62,409 bases of DNA from an uncultured Ruminococcus sp. (GTDB lineage: Bacteria; Bacillota; Clostridia; Oscillospirales; CAG-272): assembly GCA_964430105.1 (NCBI GenBank), contig CAYSEF010000001.1, forward strand, positions 82,170 to 144,578. Reading direction: 5' to 3'. The notes under the pieces are model-generated. The model saw nothing but the letters and a program-made list of their open reading frames with translations, was not told where the DNA came from and made no database searches. Numbering within the stretch: the stretch's first letter is position 1; every line of letters starts with the position of its first letter. The translations under genes and the position numbers were made by a program. Below, piece by piece: positions 29,441 to 39,691 of the stretch.

Positions 29441-30429
29441 GCTGACACCTCCTCATAATGAATATTATGTGTATCGAGGTAATTGTAGATTCTTTGAACA
29501 GAGTTTTCATCGTCAGGAAGCCTGAGCATCATCTGTCCATACGCCTTGCCACCGATATCTTTTGTATCAGCACTAAGAATATTTACCGCTGCTCTGCATT
29601 CAAGAGACAAATTTGATATTACAGGTTCGTCCGATGCTTGTCCGTCGAATACAAGTCGAATCACTTTGCCTTCCGGTGAAGTCATAGCTTCTGAACCCTT
29701 CGGAAGTATAAGATCGCGGGCAATATCAGACTGCGGAGCGAGGAAAATATCCTTAACAAAGCCTTCTTCAGCTACTGTTCCGTGATCGAGCACCGCCACA
29801 CGATTGCATATTTGCTCAACTACCTTCATTTCGTGTGTGATAACGATTATAGTGACTCCCATAGTCTCGTTTATACGTTTTAGCAGATCAAGTATGGAAC
29901 GAGTTGTGTTTGGGTCAAGTGCACTTGTTGCTTCATCACACAGGAGAACTTCAGGATCCGTTGCAAGCGCTCTGGCTATAGCAACTCTTTGTTTTTGACC
30001 ACCTGAAAGCTGAGCGGGATATGATGACATTCTTTCCTCTAATCCAACGATAGAAAGAAGCTCCTTAGCTTTTTTAATGGCTTCTTTCTTTGGAACACCT
30101 GCAATTTCCATGGGATACATTACATTTTTCAATGCTGTACGTTGTGCGAGAAGATTGAAGCTTTGGAATATCATAGAAATTGAGCGTCGTGTATTCAGTA
30201 GTTCTTTTTTTGATAAACTACTAAGACTTACGCCTTTGTATATAACTTCGCCGGAGGTGGGAACTTCCAAAAAATTAATACATCGCACAAGAGTTGATTT
30301 ACCTGCACCGGACAAGCCAATGATGCCGTAAATATCGCCTTTGTTGATTTTTAACGATACATCACGAACAGCTTCTACTTCAGTAGTGTCTGTTTGGAAT
30401 TTTTTTGTTATATGTGACAGTTCTATCAA
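29437..30429 (-). CDS. metN: Methionine ABC transporter ATPase with NIL domain
   Basis: GLSGAGKS, YPAQLSGGQKQRV, CDEATSALDP, C-terminal NIL. Confidence 0.93.
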   Translation of the reverse strand: MIELSHITKKFQTDTTEVEAVRDVSLKINKGDIYGIIGLSGAGKSTLVRCINFLEVPTSGEVIYKGVSLSSLSKKELLNTRRSISMIFQSFNLLAQRTALKNVMYPMEIAGVPKKEAIKKAKELLSIVGLEERMSSYPAQLSGGQKQRVAIARALATDPEVLLCDEATSALDPNTTRSILDLLKRINETMGVTIIVITHEMKVVEQICNRVAVLDHGTVAEEGFVKDIFLAPQSDIARDLILPKGSEAMTSPEGKVIRLVFDGQASDEPVISNLSLECRAAVNILSADTKDIGGKAYGQMMLRLPDDENSVQRIYNYLDTHNIHYEEVSA

Positions 30430-30460
30430 AACAGTGACTCCTTTCCCGAAATTATAAGCA

Positions 30461-30499
30461 TAAAAAATAGCCCGACAACCTTTGATTGGCTCCGGACTC
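30461..30499 (-). terminator. Attenuator terminator in the metN 5' leader
   Basis: AGTCCGG...TCGGGCT stem followed by ATTTTTT, upstream of the metN RBS. Confidence 0.65.
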
Positions 30500-30539
30500 T
30501 TATGTCATAGATTTACTCAGTCAGCTAAGAAAGCATAGA

Positions 30540-30611
30540 CTAAAACACCCGACAAAAGATCCGGGTGGAGAACATTCGATATACATTGTATCTGTTCTCA
30601 AAAATAGTCAT
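30540..30611 (-). CDS. Putative leader peptide MTIFENRYNVYRMFSTRIFCRVF
   Basis: GAGGT RBS 6 nt before ATG; 23 codons between the SigA promoter and the leader terminator. Confidence 0.5.
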   Translation of the reverse strand: MTIFENRYNVYRMFSTRIFCRVF

Positions 30612-30655
30612 CTTGCTACCTCAAATAAAAAATTATAAATAGATTTGATGAGTGT

Positions 30656-30684
30656 ATTATAGCACGACAAATTTGCGTTGTCAA
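30656..30684 (-). promoter_or_regulatory. SigA promoter of metNIQ
   Basis: TTGACA-17-TATAAT with extended TG. Confidence 0.85.
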
Positions 30685-30867
30685 GGGGTATGTGACAAAA
30701 AAATTGAATATATTTTAACGAAACATATAAAAAATTCAAACAAATTTGAATAATTGAAGCTGATTTTGTAATTTGATGAAATTACTTGACTATTCAGCAG
30801 TAAAGTAGTATTATTATATGTATTGGAAGATAGTTTAGAAATATAATTTTAAGTGGAGCTTTTTCTT

Positions 30868-32259
30868 ATGCAAACAGATCAAAAACGAGCGATATTTACA
30901 AAATTCAAAAAAAATGACGTTGATATGACGGAAGGCAATATTATCGGTCATCTCATTAGCTTTGCACTTCCTCTTTTGATAGGGAACATTTTTCAGCAGC
31001 TTTATAATACAGTAGATACATGGGTTGTAGGTAACTATGTCAGCAACGAAGCGTTTGCGGCTGTTGGTAGTGTTGGTCCGATTATAAATATGCTTATCGG
31101 ATTTTTTATGGGTCTGTCAAGCGGTGCCGGAGTTGTAATTTCACAATATTATGGTGCTAAGAAGGAAGATAAAGTAAGCGAAACAGTACATACAGCTTTG
31201 CTTATGACCCTGATTCTTTCGGTTATCTTTACTGTAGTAGGAATTGCAATGACACCTACTATGCTGAATTTCATGAAAACCGATCCAAGCGTTTTTCCGG
31301 AATCTAAGGTTTATCTTAATATATATTTCGCAGGCGTAACAGGTTTGCTGATTTATAATATAGGTTCAGGTATTCTTCGTGCTGTAGGCGATTCAACAAG
31401 ACCGTTTATATTTCTTGTTGTATCTGCTGTAATTAACATAGTTCTTGACCTTGTGTTTGTTATAGTATTTGATATGGGTGTAGCCGGAGTTGCATACGCC
31501 ACCATAGTTGCACAATGTGTTTCAGCAATACTTGTTGTAATCACTCTCATGCGTTCAGAGTCATGTATTAAAGTGAGCTTGAATAAATTGCGTATGTCGT
31601 GGGAAATGCTTGGTAAAATATTCCTTGTTGGTATACCTGCAGCACTTCAAATGGCAGTTACAGCATTCTCAAACGTATTCGTTCAGTCGTATATCAATTA
31701 TTTTGGTGCTGATTGTATGTCCGGTTGGACTGCATATTCAAAGATCGACCAGCTCATCCTTCTGCCAATGCAGTCAGTATCACTTGCGTCAACTACCTTT
31801 GTTGGACAAAATCTTGGTAAAAATCAGGTTGAAAGAGCAAAGAAAGGCGTAAGTAAATCGTTGGTAATAGCTATCATTTCAACGATAATACTTATGATAC
31901 CTGTAATGATAGCTGCACCGTATCTTGTTACATTCTTCAATAATAAACCCGAAGTTGTAGAGTATGGTACGCTTCTTCTCAGAGTTATCTCACCGTTCTA
32001 TGTTCTGTGTTGCATCAATCAGATATATATGGGTGCGCTGAGAGGTTCCGGTAATACACTTGCACCTATGGTAATGATGCTTTGCTCATTTGTAGCATTC
32101 CGTCAGGTATATCTATATATTGTGTCACGCATTGCAAATGAGATAATTCCTATCGCAATGAGCTATCCGGCAGGCTGGTTGCTGTGCAGTGCGCTTGTAC
32201 TTATCTATTACCATAAGGCAAATCTTACAAAGACACGTATTGTGAATGATAAAGAATAA
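30868..32259 (+). CDS. MATE family efflux transporter
   Basis: FALPL..GN.FQQLYN.VDT, LRA.GDS..P, GVAGVA.AT, FVGQNLG. Confidence 0.92.
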   Translation: MQTDQKRAIFTKFKKNDVDMTEGNIIGHLISFALPLLIGNIFQQLYNTVDTWVVGNYVSNEAFAAVGSVGPIINMLIGFFMGLSSGAGVVISQYYGAKKEDKVSETVHTALLMTLILSVIFTVVGIAMTPTMLNFMKTDPSVFPESKVYLNIYFAGVTGLLIYNIGSGILRAVGDSTRPFIFLVVSAVINIVLDLVFVIVFDMGVAGVAYATIVAQCVSAILVVITLMRSESCIKVSLNKLRMSWEMLGKIFLVGIPAALQMAVTAFSNVFVQSYINYFGADCMSGWTAYSKIDQLILLPMQSVSLASTTFVGQNLGKNQVERAKKGVSKSLVIAIISTIILMIPVMIAAPYLVTFFNNKPEVVEYGTLLLRVISPFYVLCCINQIYMGALRGSGNTLAPMVMMLCSFVAFRQVYLYIVSRIANEIIPIAMSYPAGWLLCSALVLIYYHKANLTKTRIVNDKE

Positions 32260-32315
32260 AACGGAAAACAAAAAGAAATACTATAATGTAAAAGATAATA
32301 AGAAAGGATAAAATC

Positions 32316-32630
32316 ATGGCAATCACAACATTAACAAATGAAAATTTTGAAAATGAAGCGTTAAAATCGGACAAGCCTGTTCTCATTGACTTCTGGGCAA
32401 CATGGTGCGGACCGTGCAAAATGCTTTCACCTATTATTGAGGAGATCGCAGAAGAAAGAGACGATATAAAAGTTTGCAAGATAAACGTCGATGACGAAGG
32501 CGAACTTTCAATTAAATATGGCGTAATGAGTATTCCTACACTTATTCTTATGGAAAACGGTGAAGTAAAGAACACATCAGTCGGATTTATGCCCAAAAAA
32601 GAAGTAATCGAATTTATCGATAAGATCTAA
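32316..32630 (+). CDS. trxA: Thioredoxin
   Basis: DFWATWCGPCKM, SIPT. Confidence 0.96.
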   Translation: MAITTLTNENFENEALKSDKPVLIDFWATWCGPCKMLSPIIEEIAEERDDIKVCKINVDDEGELSIKYGVMSIPTLILMENGEVKNTSVGFMPKKEVIEFIDKI

Positions 32631-32650
32631 AACAGCATTACCTTAAAATA

Positions 32651-32708
32651 AAAAAGAGGCTTCACGCATTTCGGAAATTTCTCCTTAGTGCGAGTAACCT
32701 CTTTTTTT
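32651..32708 (+). repeat. REP-like hairpin repeat, copy 4 (bidirectional terminator)
   Basis: AAAAAGAGGCTTCACGCATTTCGGAAATTTCTCCTTAGTGCGAGTAACCTCTTTTTTT. Confidence 0.85.
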
Positions 32709-32722
32709 ATTTAATGGTATTT

Positions 32723-33817
32723 TTACTGAACTCTCAGCATTTCACTGTCGTTTAGTATACCCGGTGAGAGCATAACCAGCAAATCTGCACCATCGGCATC
32801 GACATATTGAGGAAGTATCACTGACGCAATATATCGTAGGTCTATTACTGTAATTTTAGAGTAATAATCAACTAAAAGTGGCGTTATACTGCTTCCAAAC
32901 GAATCACGCACAATCACAAGCTTATTATCAGTTTGAGAATTTTCGTTTTCAATAGTTATAAGCGGTACTGCACCCCCGAGGAATATGTCATACATATCAA
33001 GACTGCGTTCATCTTCAAGCTTGCCAAGAGTGTATATCTCGTTCATGTCGTCGGCAATAGCTGAAACTGTTACATTTTCAATAACGTCGCTTGTCAAATA
33101 AAATATCGACTCAGACTCAATCGGCATAGCGTATTGACCTGCAAAAACGCCTTTGAAATCTGTTATTTCATTTATTTCATATTCCGGAACAGTTACATTA
33201 AGCCCCATTGATGTGACTAATTTATTGACAGTGCCTTCTAACTTTTCCTGACGCCAGTGGGAATCGGTTTTGTAATATGAATCAAGAGAAAGCGTGTCTG
33301 AAATATCAATTGCTTCAAAACTCGGCATAGCTGAGTACAGCAACTCACACATTCTATCAAAATCCTGTATAGGATGCACTTTATCATTCATGAAGTGAGA
33401 CTTCTGGGGGATAACAGAAACATAGGCATTCTCGCATCCAAGCAATTCACGGATTTTTTCCAATTTTGCTCCGGCCTTTACGATAGAGCTTTCATTCAGC
33501 TTGTATTCAAGCTTTGTTAAATATCCGTCAACCTCATAAATATCGCTTGAATCTGAACGTCCGCTCAGTATTTCAAATGTACCCTTTATAGAACGCCAAC
33601 CTTCACGCAAGGGAAATTGATCCGGCAGATATTTTTCGAGATTCTGCATGAATGTTCCGCTTTTAACAGTTTGTGTGGTAAATTCAGGAAACTGTGCCAA
33701 TGAGCGACGTTCGCTTTCCGATAATTTAGCATCAGGCAGAACGATATGCAGTACGCCAAAAGTTGCTATCATTGCCGTGAATAGCACAATGGTAATAATT
33801 TCAATAGTTTTTTTCAT
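32723..33817 (-). CDS. DHHW-family (AlgJ/X-like) O-acyltransferase partner
   Basis: SE.R.LA..P, DQFPLR, YYKTDSHW, RDSFG, IDLRY. Confidence 0.85.
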   Translation of the reverse strand: MKKTIEIITIVLFTAMIATFGVLHIVLPDAKLSESERRSLAQFPEFTTQTVKSGTFMQNLEKYLPDQFPLREGWRSIKGTFEILSGRSDSSDIYEVDGYLTKLEYKLNESSIVKAGAKLEKIRELLGCENAYVSVIPQKSHFMNDKVHPIQDFDRMCELLYSAMPSFEAIDISDTLSLDSYYKTDSHWRQEKLEGTVNKLVTSMGLNVTVPEYEINEITDFKGVFAGQYAMPIESESIFYLTSDVIENVTVSAIADDMNEIYTLGKLEDERSLDMYDIFLGGAVPLITIENENSQTDNKLVIVRDSFGSSITPLLVDYYSKITVIDLRYIASVILPQYVDADGADLLVMLSPGILNDSEMLRVQ

Positions 33818-33819
33818 GA

Positions 33820-35193
33820 TCAGAACCTGAAATATAAGAATGGATTGAATGAACCGTCAACGATATATGCAGTAGAAACCACAAGTACACTCATGATAAA
33901 AACAGGTGTGAGAATTTGTACGAGCTTTGCGGTTTTTTCGTTTTCGGAGAGCTTTTTCGCTATTATCGAGAGAATTGGAGTAGAACCGATACAAGCAGCA
34001 AGGAGTGTAAATGCATAGCTGCGTGCATAGTAAATCGATGCTGTGTCTGTTAGATTTGTAAAGTCAAACATACGAGAAAGCGTTACTGCAAAATCTGTCA
34101 GAGTATTTGAATTAAATAAAACAAAGCTTATCAGTACAATAAAAAGTATGATAATACGGTTCACAATGCGAGGAATCTTAGAAACGATTGACTTCATAGC
34201 TTTTTCAAGCACAAGGAACAGCGCAAAATAGAGTCCCCATAAAACGAAGTTCCACTGTGCACCATGCCAAAGACCTGTAAGCATCCATACAACGAGAATA
34301 TTTCGTGCCCATTTTAGCTTCGATACACGATTTCCTCCCATAGGGATATATATATAATCTCTGAACCATGATCCGAGTGAGATATGCCATCTGCGCCAAA
34401 ATTCCGCTACACTTTGAGAAATGAATGGATAAGTGAAGTTTTCCATAAACTCAAAACCAAACATTCTTCCAAGACCAATAGCCATATCAGAGTAACCCGA
34501 GAAATCAAAGTATATCTGAAGAGTTGCTGCAATAGCAGAGAACCATGTGCCAAGCATAGATGTTCCGAGAAGTCCGACTGCTTCACCAAGGACATTAGCT
34601 ATGAGAACTTTCTTGCCAAGACCTATAGTGAATCTCAGAATTCCGTGTGAAAATCCTTCTATTGTGTGCTTGCGTTCTTTCAGTTGATCTGCAACATCGG
34701 CGTATCGAACGATAGGTCCTGCGATAAGCTGAGGAAATAGTGATACATATAGTGCCAGATGGAACGGGTTCTTCTGCGATTCACATTCTTTGCGATATAC
34801 GTCAACTGAATATCCGATAAGCTGGAATGTGTAGAAAGATATTCCAACAGGAAGTGCAATATGTGGCAAAGGAATATCGAAAGCCGGAATTAGATTTAAG
34901 TTTTCGATAATAAAATCCGCATATTTGCATATAACGAGTGGTAGTATCTCAATTACCAGTGTGATTATAAGCCAAAGCTTGCGATGATTGCCTCTGTCCA
35001 TTAATCGAGCAAAAATATAAGCCTGAGTAATGGAAAAGAGCATTAGTATAATGTATCCGGGCTCTCCTGCAGTGTAAAATAAAAGAGAAAAAATAAGGAG
35101 AATTGTATTTTTTGCTTTGCTGGGAACTAAAAAATAGCATAACAGGAGAGCAGGGAGAAAGAAGTATAAGAATTGTATGCCGGAAAATACCAT
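33820..35193 (-). CDS. MBOAT family O-acyltransferase (AlgI/DltB-like)
   Basis: LPVGISFYTFQ, FPQLIAGPIVR, YFDFSGYSDMAIG, FWRRWHISL, GLWHGA. Confidence 0.95.
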   Translation of the reverse strand: MVFSGIQFLYFFLPALLLCYFLVPSKAKNTILLIFSLLFYTAGEPGYIILMLFSITQAYIFARLMDRGNHRKLWLIITLVIEILPLVICKYADFIIENLNLIPAFDIPLPHIALPVGISFYTFQLIGYSVDVYRKECESQKNPFHLALYVSLFPQLIAGPIVRYADVADQLKERKHTIEGFSHGILRFTIGLGKKVLIANVLGEAVGLLGTSMLGTWFSAIAATLQIYFDFSGYSDMAIGLGRMFGFEFMENFTYPFISQSVAEFWRRWHISLGSWFRDYIYIPMGGNRVSKLKWARNILVVWMLTGLWHGAQWNFVLWGLYFALFLVLEKAMKSIVSKIPRIVNRIIILFIVLISFVLFNSNTLTDFAVTLSRMFDFTNLTDTASIYYARSYAFTLLAACIGSTPILSIIAKKLSENEKTAKLVQILTPVFIMSVLVVSTAYIVDGSFNPFLYFRF

Positions 35194-35208
35194 ATTATTT
35201 CAGATAAA

Positions 35209-35913
35209 TTAACCGAGAACGTTTACAACTGAGCCGATTTCGGAATAAACACCATCAGCAGCAGCAACAATAGCATTCATAACAGGGATTACATTTTCGT
35301 TAAATGTGTTTGACATAACAAGAATAACATCGTTGTCAAGACGGATAGTACGCATCTGATCTGCAGAAACGCAAACCCACTTGCGAGGATTTATCTTTTC
35401 AGCGAGTGCGGTCTGGATATCGTCAGTGTTTGTTCCATCTGTGCGAACCATAACGAGTGAATAGGGAATAGATCCTACCATAGATTCTGAAAGAATGATA
35501 TCAGTAATACCTTCGAGATCGGTAAGACCTGTGTGATGTGTTATGAGATCCATATCATCGAGAGGAAGAATATTTGTGTCCATACCCATCGGAAGGTTGT
35601 CAGCACACTGAGAATAAACATTTACATTGATAAATGTAACAGCATCTTCAGCAGATGTAACAGAGGTAACTGCATCACTTGGCAGTTCATCTTCTGTAAC
35701 AGAATCATCGTCATCAATGATATCGTCAGTTTCAATTTCGCTTTCACCTTCGTTGTTGTCTTCTATAACACCATCACCGTTTTCATCACCGAGAGTGTCG
35801 CTTATAGTAGTATCGCTTTCACTTGTGGAAATATCTGTTTCGTTAGTGTCATTACCACCGCAGGAGGAGAGAATAAGAGCTGATGCGAGCATTAAGATAA
35901 GAATTTTTTTCAT
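35209..35913 (-). CDS. Acidic lipoprotein in the MBOAT operon
   Basis: Lipobox LSSC, D/E-rich linker, NPRKWVCV motif. Confidence 0.7.
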   Translation of the reverse strand: MKKILILMLASALILSSCGGNDTNETDISTSESDTTISDTLGDENGDGVIEDNNEGESEIETDDIIDDDDSVTEDELPSDAVTSVTSAEDAVTFINVNVYSQCADNLPMGMDTNILPLDDMDLITHHTGLTDLEGITDIILSESMVGSIPYSLVMVRTDGTNTDDIQTALAEKINPRKWVCVSADQMRTIRLDNDVILVMSNTFNENVIPVMNAIVAAADGVYSEIGSVVNVLG

Positions 35914-36133
35914 TTTAGTTTTCCTTTCTTGGTTTCGTAGATATTATGCACAGTTAAATTTGCGATTATACCTATCGAAAAAATCATTTTTTCTATTGAA
36001 GATTTGTACGCTTTGTGATATGATAATTATGGATTGGTTTGCCACGAAAATCACAAAGCCATTATAAGACGTTTAAGAAGGCTAAAAAGTTCCCGAAAAA
36101 ACAAAAAAATTTTATAATTCAGGAAAAAATAAT

Positions 36134-36790
36134 ATGATAACTTACGAGAACATCAAACATAACGAAAATATCAATACTTATATCCGAAAAGCCGACGAGT
36201 CTCTAATAGCACTTGGATATACAGAACACAGCTTTGCACATGTCACAAAAGTTGCAGAGACTGCCGGATATATTCTCAAGACACTCGATTATTCAGAGCA
36301 TGAGATAGAGCTTGTGAAAATTTCAGGATATCTTCATGATATTGGAAATTTGGTTAATAGAGTTGAACACTCACAGAGTGGTGCTGTCATGGCGTTCAGA
36401 ATACTCGATAAGCTTGGTATGGAGGCGTCTGATATTGCAGAGATCGTAACAGCTATTGGAAATCATGATGAAGGCACCGGAACTCCTGTAAATGCTGTTG
36501 CAGCCGCTTTGTTTCTTGCAGACAAATCCGATGTTAGAAGAAGCCGTGTAAGATGTGAAATGACTGACTTCGATATTCATGACAGAGTAAACTATTCTGT
36601 TGTTGAATCATCTTTAAGAATAAATGAGGATAAAACCGAAATTTCACTGATACTTAAGATTGATACTCAATATTCAAGTGTTTCTGAGTATTTTGAGATA
36701 TTCCTCGATAGAATGATACTCTGTCGTAAAGCTGCCGAAAGGCTTGGTATGATATTCAGACTGGTCATAAACGATCAGAGCTTAATGTAA
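36134..36790 (+). CDS. HD-domain phosphohydrolase
   Basis: TEH...H, YLHDIGN, NHDE, ADKSD. Confidence 0.85.
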   Translation: MITYENIKHNENINTYIRKADESLIALGYTEHSFAHVTKVAETAGYILKTLDYSEHEIELVKISGYLHDIGNLVNRVEHSQSGAVMAFRILDKLGMEASDIAEIVTAIGNHDEGTGTPVNAVAAALFLADKSDVRRSRVRCEMTDFDIHDRVNYSVVESSLRINEDKTEISLILKIDTQYSSVSEYFEIFLDRMILCRKAAERLGMIFRLVINDQSLM

Positions 36791-36825
36791 AAAAATAAAC
36801 CATTTCTCGAAAGGATAAAAATAAA

Positions 36826-37743
36826 ATGCCAGCAAATAAAAGTATAATAAAACGTGCTATTTCTGTAGATGGCGGTATTCGTGTTCTGTTCTGCGACTCT
36901 ACCGCTATTGTTCGTCATGTGTGTGAAACTCATCACACTTCTAAAACAATGACTGCTGTTCTCGGACGTGCTCTTACTGCAACTTCTCTTATGTCAAGCT
37001 TGCTTAAGGATAAAGACAATACATTAACACTGCAATTAAAAGGTGATGGCCCCGCAGGTTCTGTCGTATGTGTCGGTGATTATATGGGCAATGTTCGTGG
37101 ATATGCAGATGATCCTACAGTTGAATTGCCTCCGAATAAATATGGCAAACTGGACGTTGGCGGAGCTGTAGGTCATGGTACAATGTATATTATCAAGGAT
37201 ATGGGTATGAACGAGCCATATGTCGGAGTATCTCCTATAGTGTCAGGTGAGATTGCAGAGGATATCACTGAATACTTCGCAAGCAGTGAACAAACTCCAA
37301 CAGTTTGTGCGCTTGGTGTTCGTGTTGACACAGATAATATGTGCTTTGCGGCGGGAGGATATCTTATCCAGCTGATGCCCGGATATCAGGAAAGTGATGT
37401 TGAACGAATCGAAACAAATGTAAATATGGCTGAATCAGTTTCAAAAATGATAGCTGATGGCAAGGATGGCGATGAAATTATCGCACTGCTGTTTGATGGT
37501 ATAGAATACCAAATGTTCGATGAGTTTGATATAGAATATCGCTGTAACTGCTCAAAGGATCGCTATCTCAGAGCACTTGTAAGTCTTAATGAAACTGATA
37601 TGCAGGAACTTCGTGACGCAGGTGAACCTGTCGAAACAAACTGTCGTTTCTGTGGAAAGAAATACACTTTTGAACTCGAAGAAATCGATCAAGCGAGAGC
37701 AGAAGCAAGAAAACAGCAGGATGAATCCGACAACGAAGAATAA
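36826..37743 (+). CDS. hslO: Hsp33 redox-regulated chaperone
   Basis: GDGP.G, SGEIAED...YF..SEQ, C.C and C.FC zinc motif. Confidence 0.95.
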   Translation: MPANKSIIKRAISVDGGIRVLFCDSTAIVRHVCETHHTSKTMTAVLGRALTATSLMSSLLKDKDNTLTLQLKGDGPAGSVVCVGDYMGNVRGYADDPTVELPPNKYGKLDVGGAVGHGTMYIIKDMGMNEPYVGVSPIVSGEIAEDITEYFASSEQTPTVCALGVRVDTDNMCFAAGGYLIQLMPGYQESDVERIETNVNMAESVSKMIADGKDGDEIIALLFDGIEYQMFDEFDIEYRCNCSKDRYLRALVSLNETDMQELRDAGEPVETNCRFCGKKYTFELEEIDQARAEARKQQDESDNEE

Positions 37744-37761
37744 ACCTGAGAGGGAACTAAT

Positions 37762-38385
37762 ATGATTAAGATAGAACGCACATCCGTCATGAATTTGGAA
37801 AACGCAATACGTGGTGCAAGAAATCCGCTTAATTCATGGAATCGTATGGATAGTGCATATGATGAAGACGGAAACTTTGCTCTCGGCGAGAACGATCTCT
37901 CTCTTGCGGTTCGTCTTGCAAAAGCAGGCTCAGACCATCGTAAATATCTACGTCAGATATTTGTGTCAGTAGATGTTACAGCGCCTCTGTATTGGTGGAA
38001 GGAATATGATACTTATAAAGTGGGTACAGTTGCAAATTCTACCAGCACAATGCATAAGATTCACGCAAAACCATTCTCTCGTGACGATTTCAGCTGTGAC
38101 AGAATGTCCGATACTGCACTCGAATGCTTAGATAATATTATAAAAGTGCTTGAAGACCGCCGTAAAAAATTTATCGAAACAAAAGATAATATGTATTGGC
38201 ACGATATGATACAGCTTCTCCCATCGTCTTATAACCAAATGCGTACCTGTACCTTAAATTACGAGAATCTGATTAACATATACTATGCACGTCGTAACCA
38301 TAAGCTTCCCGAATGGCATACATACTGCGATTGGATAGCTTCACTGCCGTATGCGACGGAGCTTATCACAACATTACGTGATTAA
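37762..38385 (+). CDS. ThyX/Thy1-like protein (atypical flavin-dependent thymidylate synthase)
   Basis: RNP.NSW...DS, DH.K.LR, APLYWWKE.DTY, S.STMH, LP, NYE.L...Y..R..H.L.EW; lacks the canonical RHR-X7-S motif. Confidence 0.6.
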   Translation: MIKIERTSVMNLENAIRGARNPLNSWNRMDSAYDEDGNFALGENDLSLAVRLAKAGSDHRKYLRQIFVSVDVTAPLYWWKEYDTYKVGTVANSTSTMHKIHAKPFSRDDFSCDRMSDTALECLDNIIKVLEDRRKKFIETKDNMYWHDMIQLLPSSYNQMRTCTLNYENLINIYYARRNHKLPEWHTYCDWIASLPYATELITTLRD

Positions 38386-38429
38386 AACAGTTGTATCGTG
38401 AAAGCGATATAACAACCGAAAGGGTAAAA

Positions 38430-39599
38430 ATGAGCCACAATACCATAGAAACATCGTTTGAAAACCGTTCTAAAGCAGGAAGAAATGCAGGAATTGTCGG
38501 AATAGGAGTGAATCTTCTCCTGTTTGCAGTTAAATTGTTTGCGGGGATAGTTTCGGGTAGCGTTTCAATAATTGCAGATGCAATAAATAATCTCACCGAT
38601 GCAGGTTCATCTATTCTTGTGATTGTCGGATATGTTGTCGCAGCAAAACCGGCTGATAAAGAGCATCCATACGGACACGCAAGGATGGAGTATATTTGTA
38701 GCCTGTTTATTTCGATAATTGTCACAGTGCTTGGACTTGAGTTGATGAAATCCTCAGTCGATTCGCTTATCTCCTCGGAAAAAATAGCAGAATACAGCTT
38801 GTTGTCGATTATAATAATGTCAGCTGCTATTGCTGGTAAAATATTCCTTGCGATATATTACCGTATAGTTGGCAAAAAAATCGATTCGGATACATTAAAG
38901 GCATCTGCTGTCGATAGCGTAGGCGACGTTTGTGCAACCTCAGCAGTAATTCTCGGAATTATTCTTACACCTGTTATAGGACCGAAAGCAGACGGAATTT
39001 TTGGCTTGCTGATAGCTGTGTATATCTTTGTAATGGGTATAAAATTGATTCGTGAAGCTTGTAATACAATACTTGGAACACCACCTGATACAGAGCTTGT
39101 AAAGAAAATTATCACAAAGCTTCGTAGCTACGATGGAGTTCTTGGAATACACGACTTGGTTATACATAGCTATGGTGTGGATCAGTTTTTTGCGACAGCT
39201 CATGTTGAAGTCGATGCAGAACGTGATGTTATGGAAAGCCACGATTTGATCGATAACATGGAAGTTGATTTCAAACGTGACCTTGGGATACAAATGGTTA
39301 TACACCTTGATCCTGTAGCGTTGAATGATAAACGTACAAATGAGCTGCACAACATGATTCGCACAATAATCGATGAGATAGCCGCAGAGTATTCGTGTCC
39401 GATGTCTATGCATGATTTCAGAGCAGTTTTTGGGGTTACACATACAAATATTATTTTCGATATCGCAGTAGCGAACGATACAACCTTAAAAAACGATGAA
39501 ATCGTAGAAATGATACGAGAATATATATCGCAGAAATGCGGTAAAGAGTATAATGCGATAATAACTATAGACAGAGATTATACTACAACAAGATATTAA
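38430..39599 (+). CDS. Cation diffusion facilitator family transporter
   Basis: ADA.NNL.D, KPAD.EHPYGH.R.E, HDL..H.YG. Confidence 0.9.
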   Translation: MSHNTIETSFENRSKAGRNAGIVGIGVNLLLFAVKLFAGIVSGSVSIIADAINNLTDAGSSILVIVGYVVAAKPADKEHPYGHARMEYICSLFISIIVTVLGLELMKSSVDSLISSEKIAEYSLLSIIIMSAAIAGKIFLAIYYRIVGKKIDSDTLKASAVDSVGDVCATSAVILGIILTPVIGPKADGIFGLLIAVYIFVMGIKLIREACNTILGTPPDTELVKKIITKLRSYDGVLGIHDLVIHSYGVDQFFATAHVEVDAERDVMESHDLIDNMEVDFKRDLGIQMVIHLDPVALNDKRTNELHNMIRTIIDEIAAEYSCPMSMHDFRAVFGVTHTNIIFDIAVANDTTLKNDEIVEMIREYISQKCGKEYNAIITIDRDYTTTRY

Positions 39600-39649
39600 A
39601 AAACAACCGACAGAATCGGATGAATTTCCGATAAACTGTCGGTTGTTTT
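39599..39649. terminator. Bidirectional terminator
   Basis: AAAACAACCGACAG...CTGTCGGTTGTTTT. Confidence 0.8.
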
Positions 39650-39691
39650 ACATGAATATACTAACTTACTAAATATCTATCTAAGTGAATC

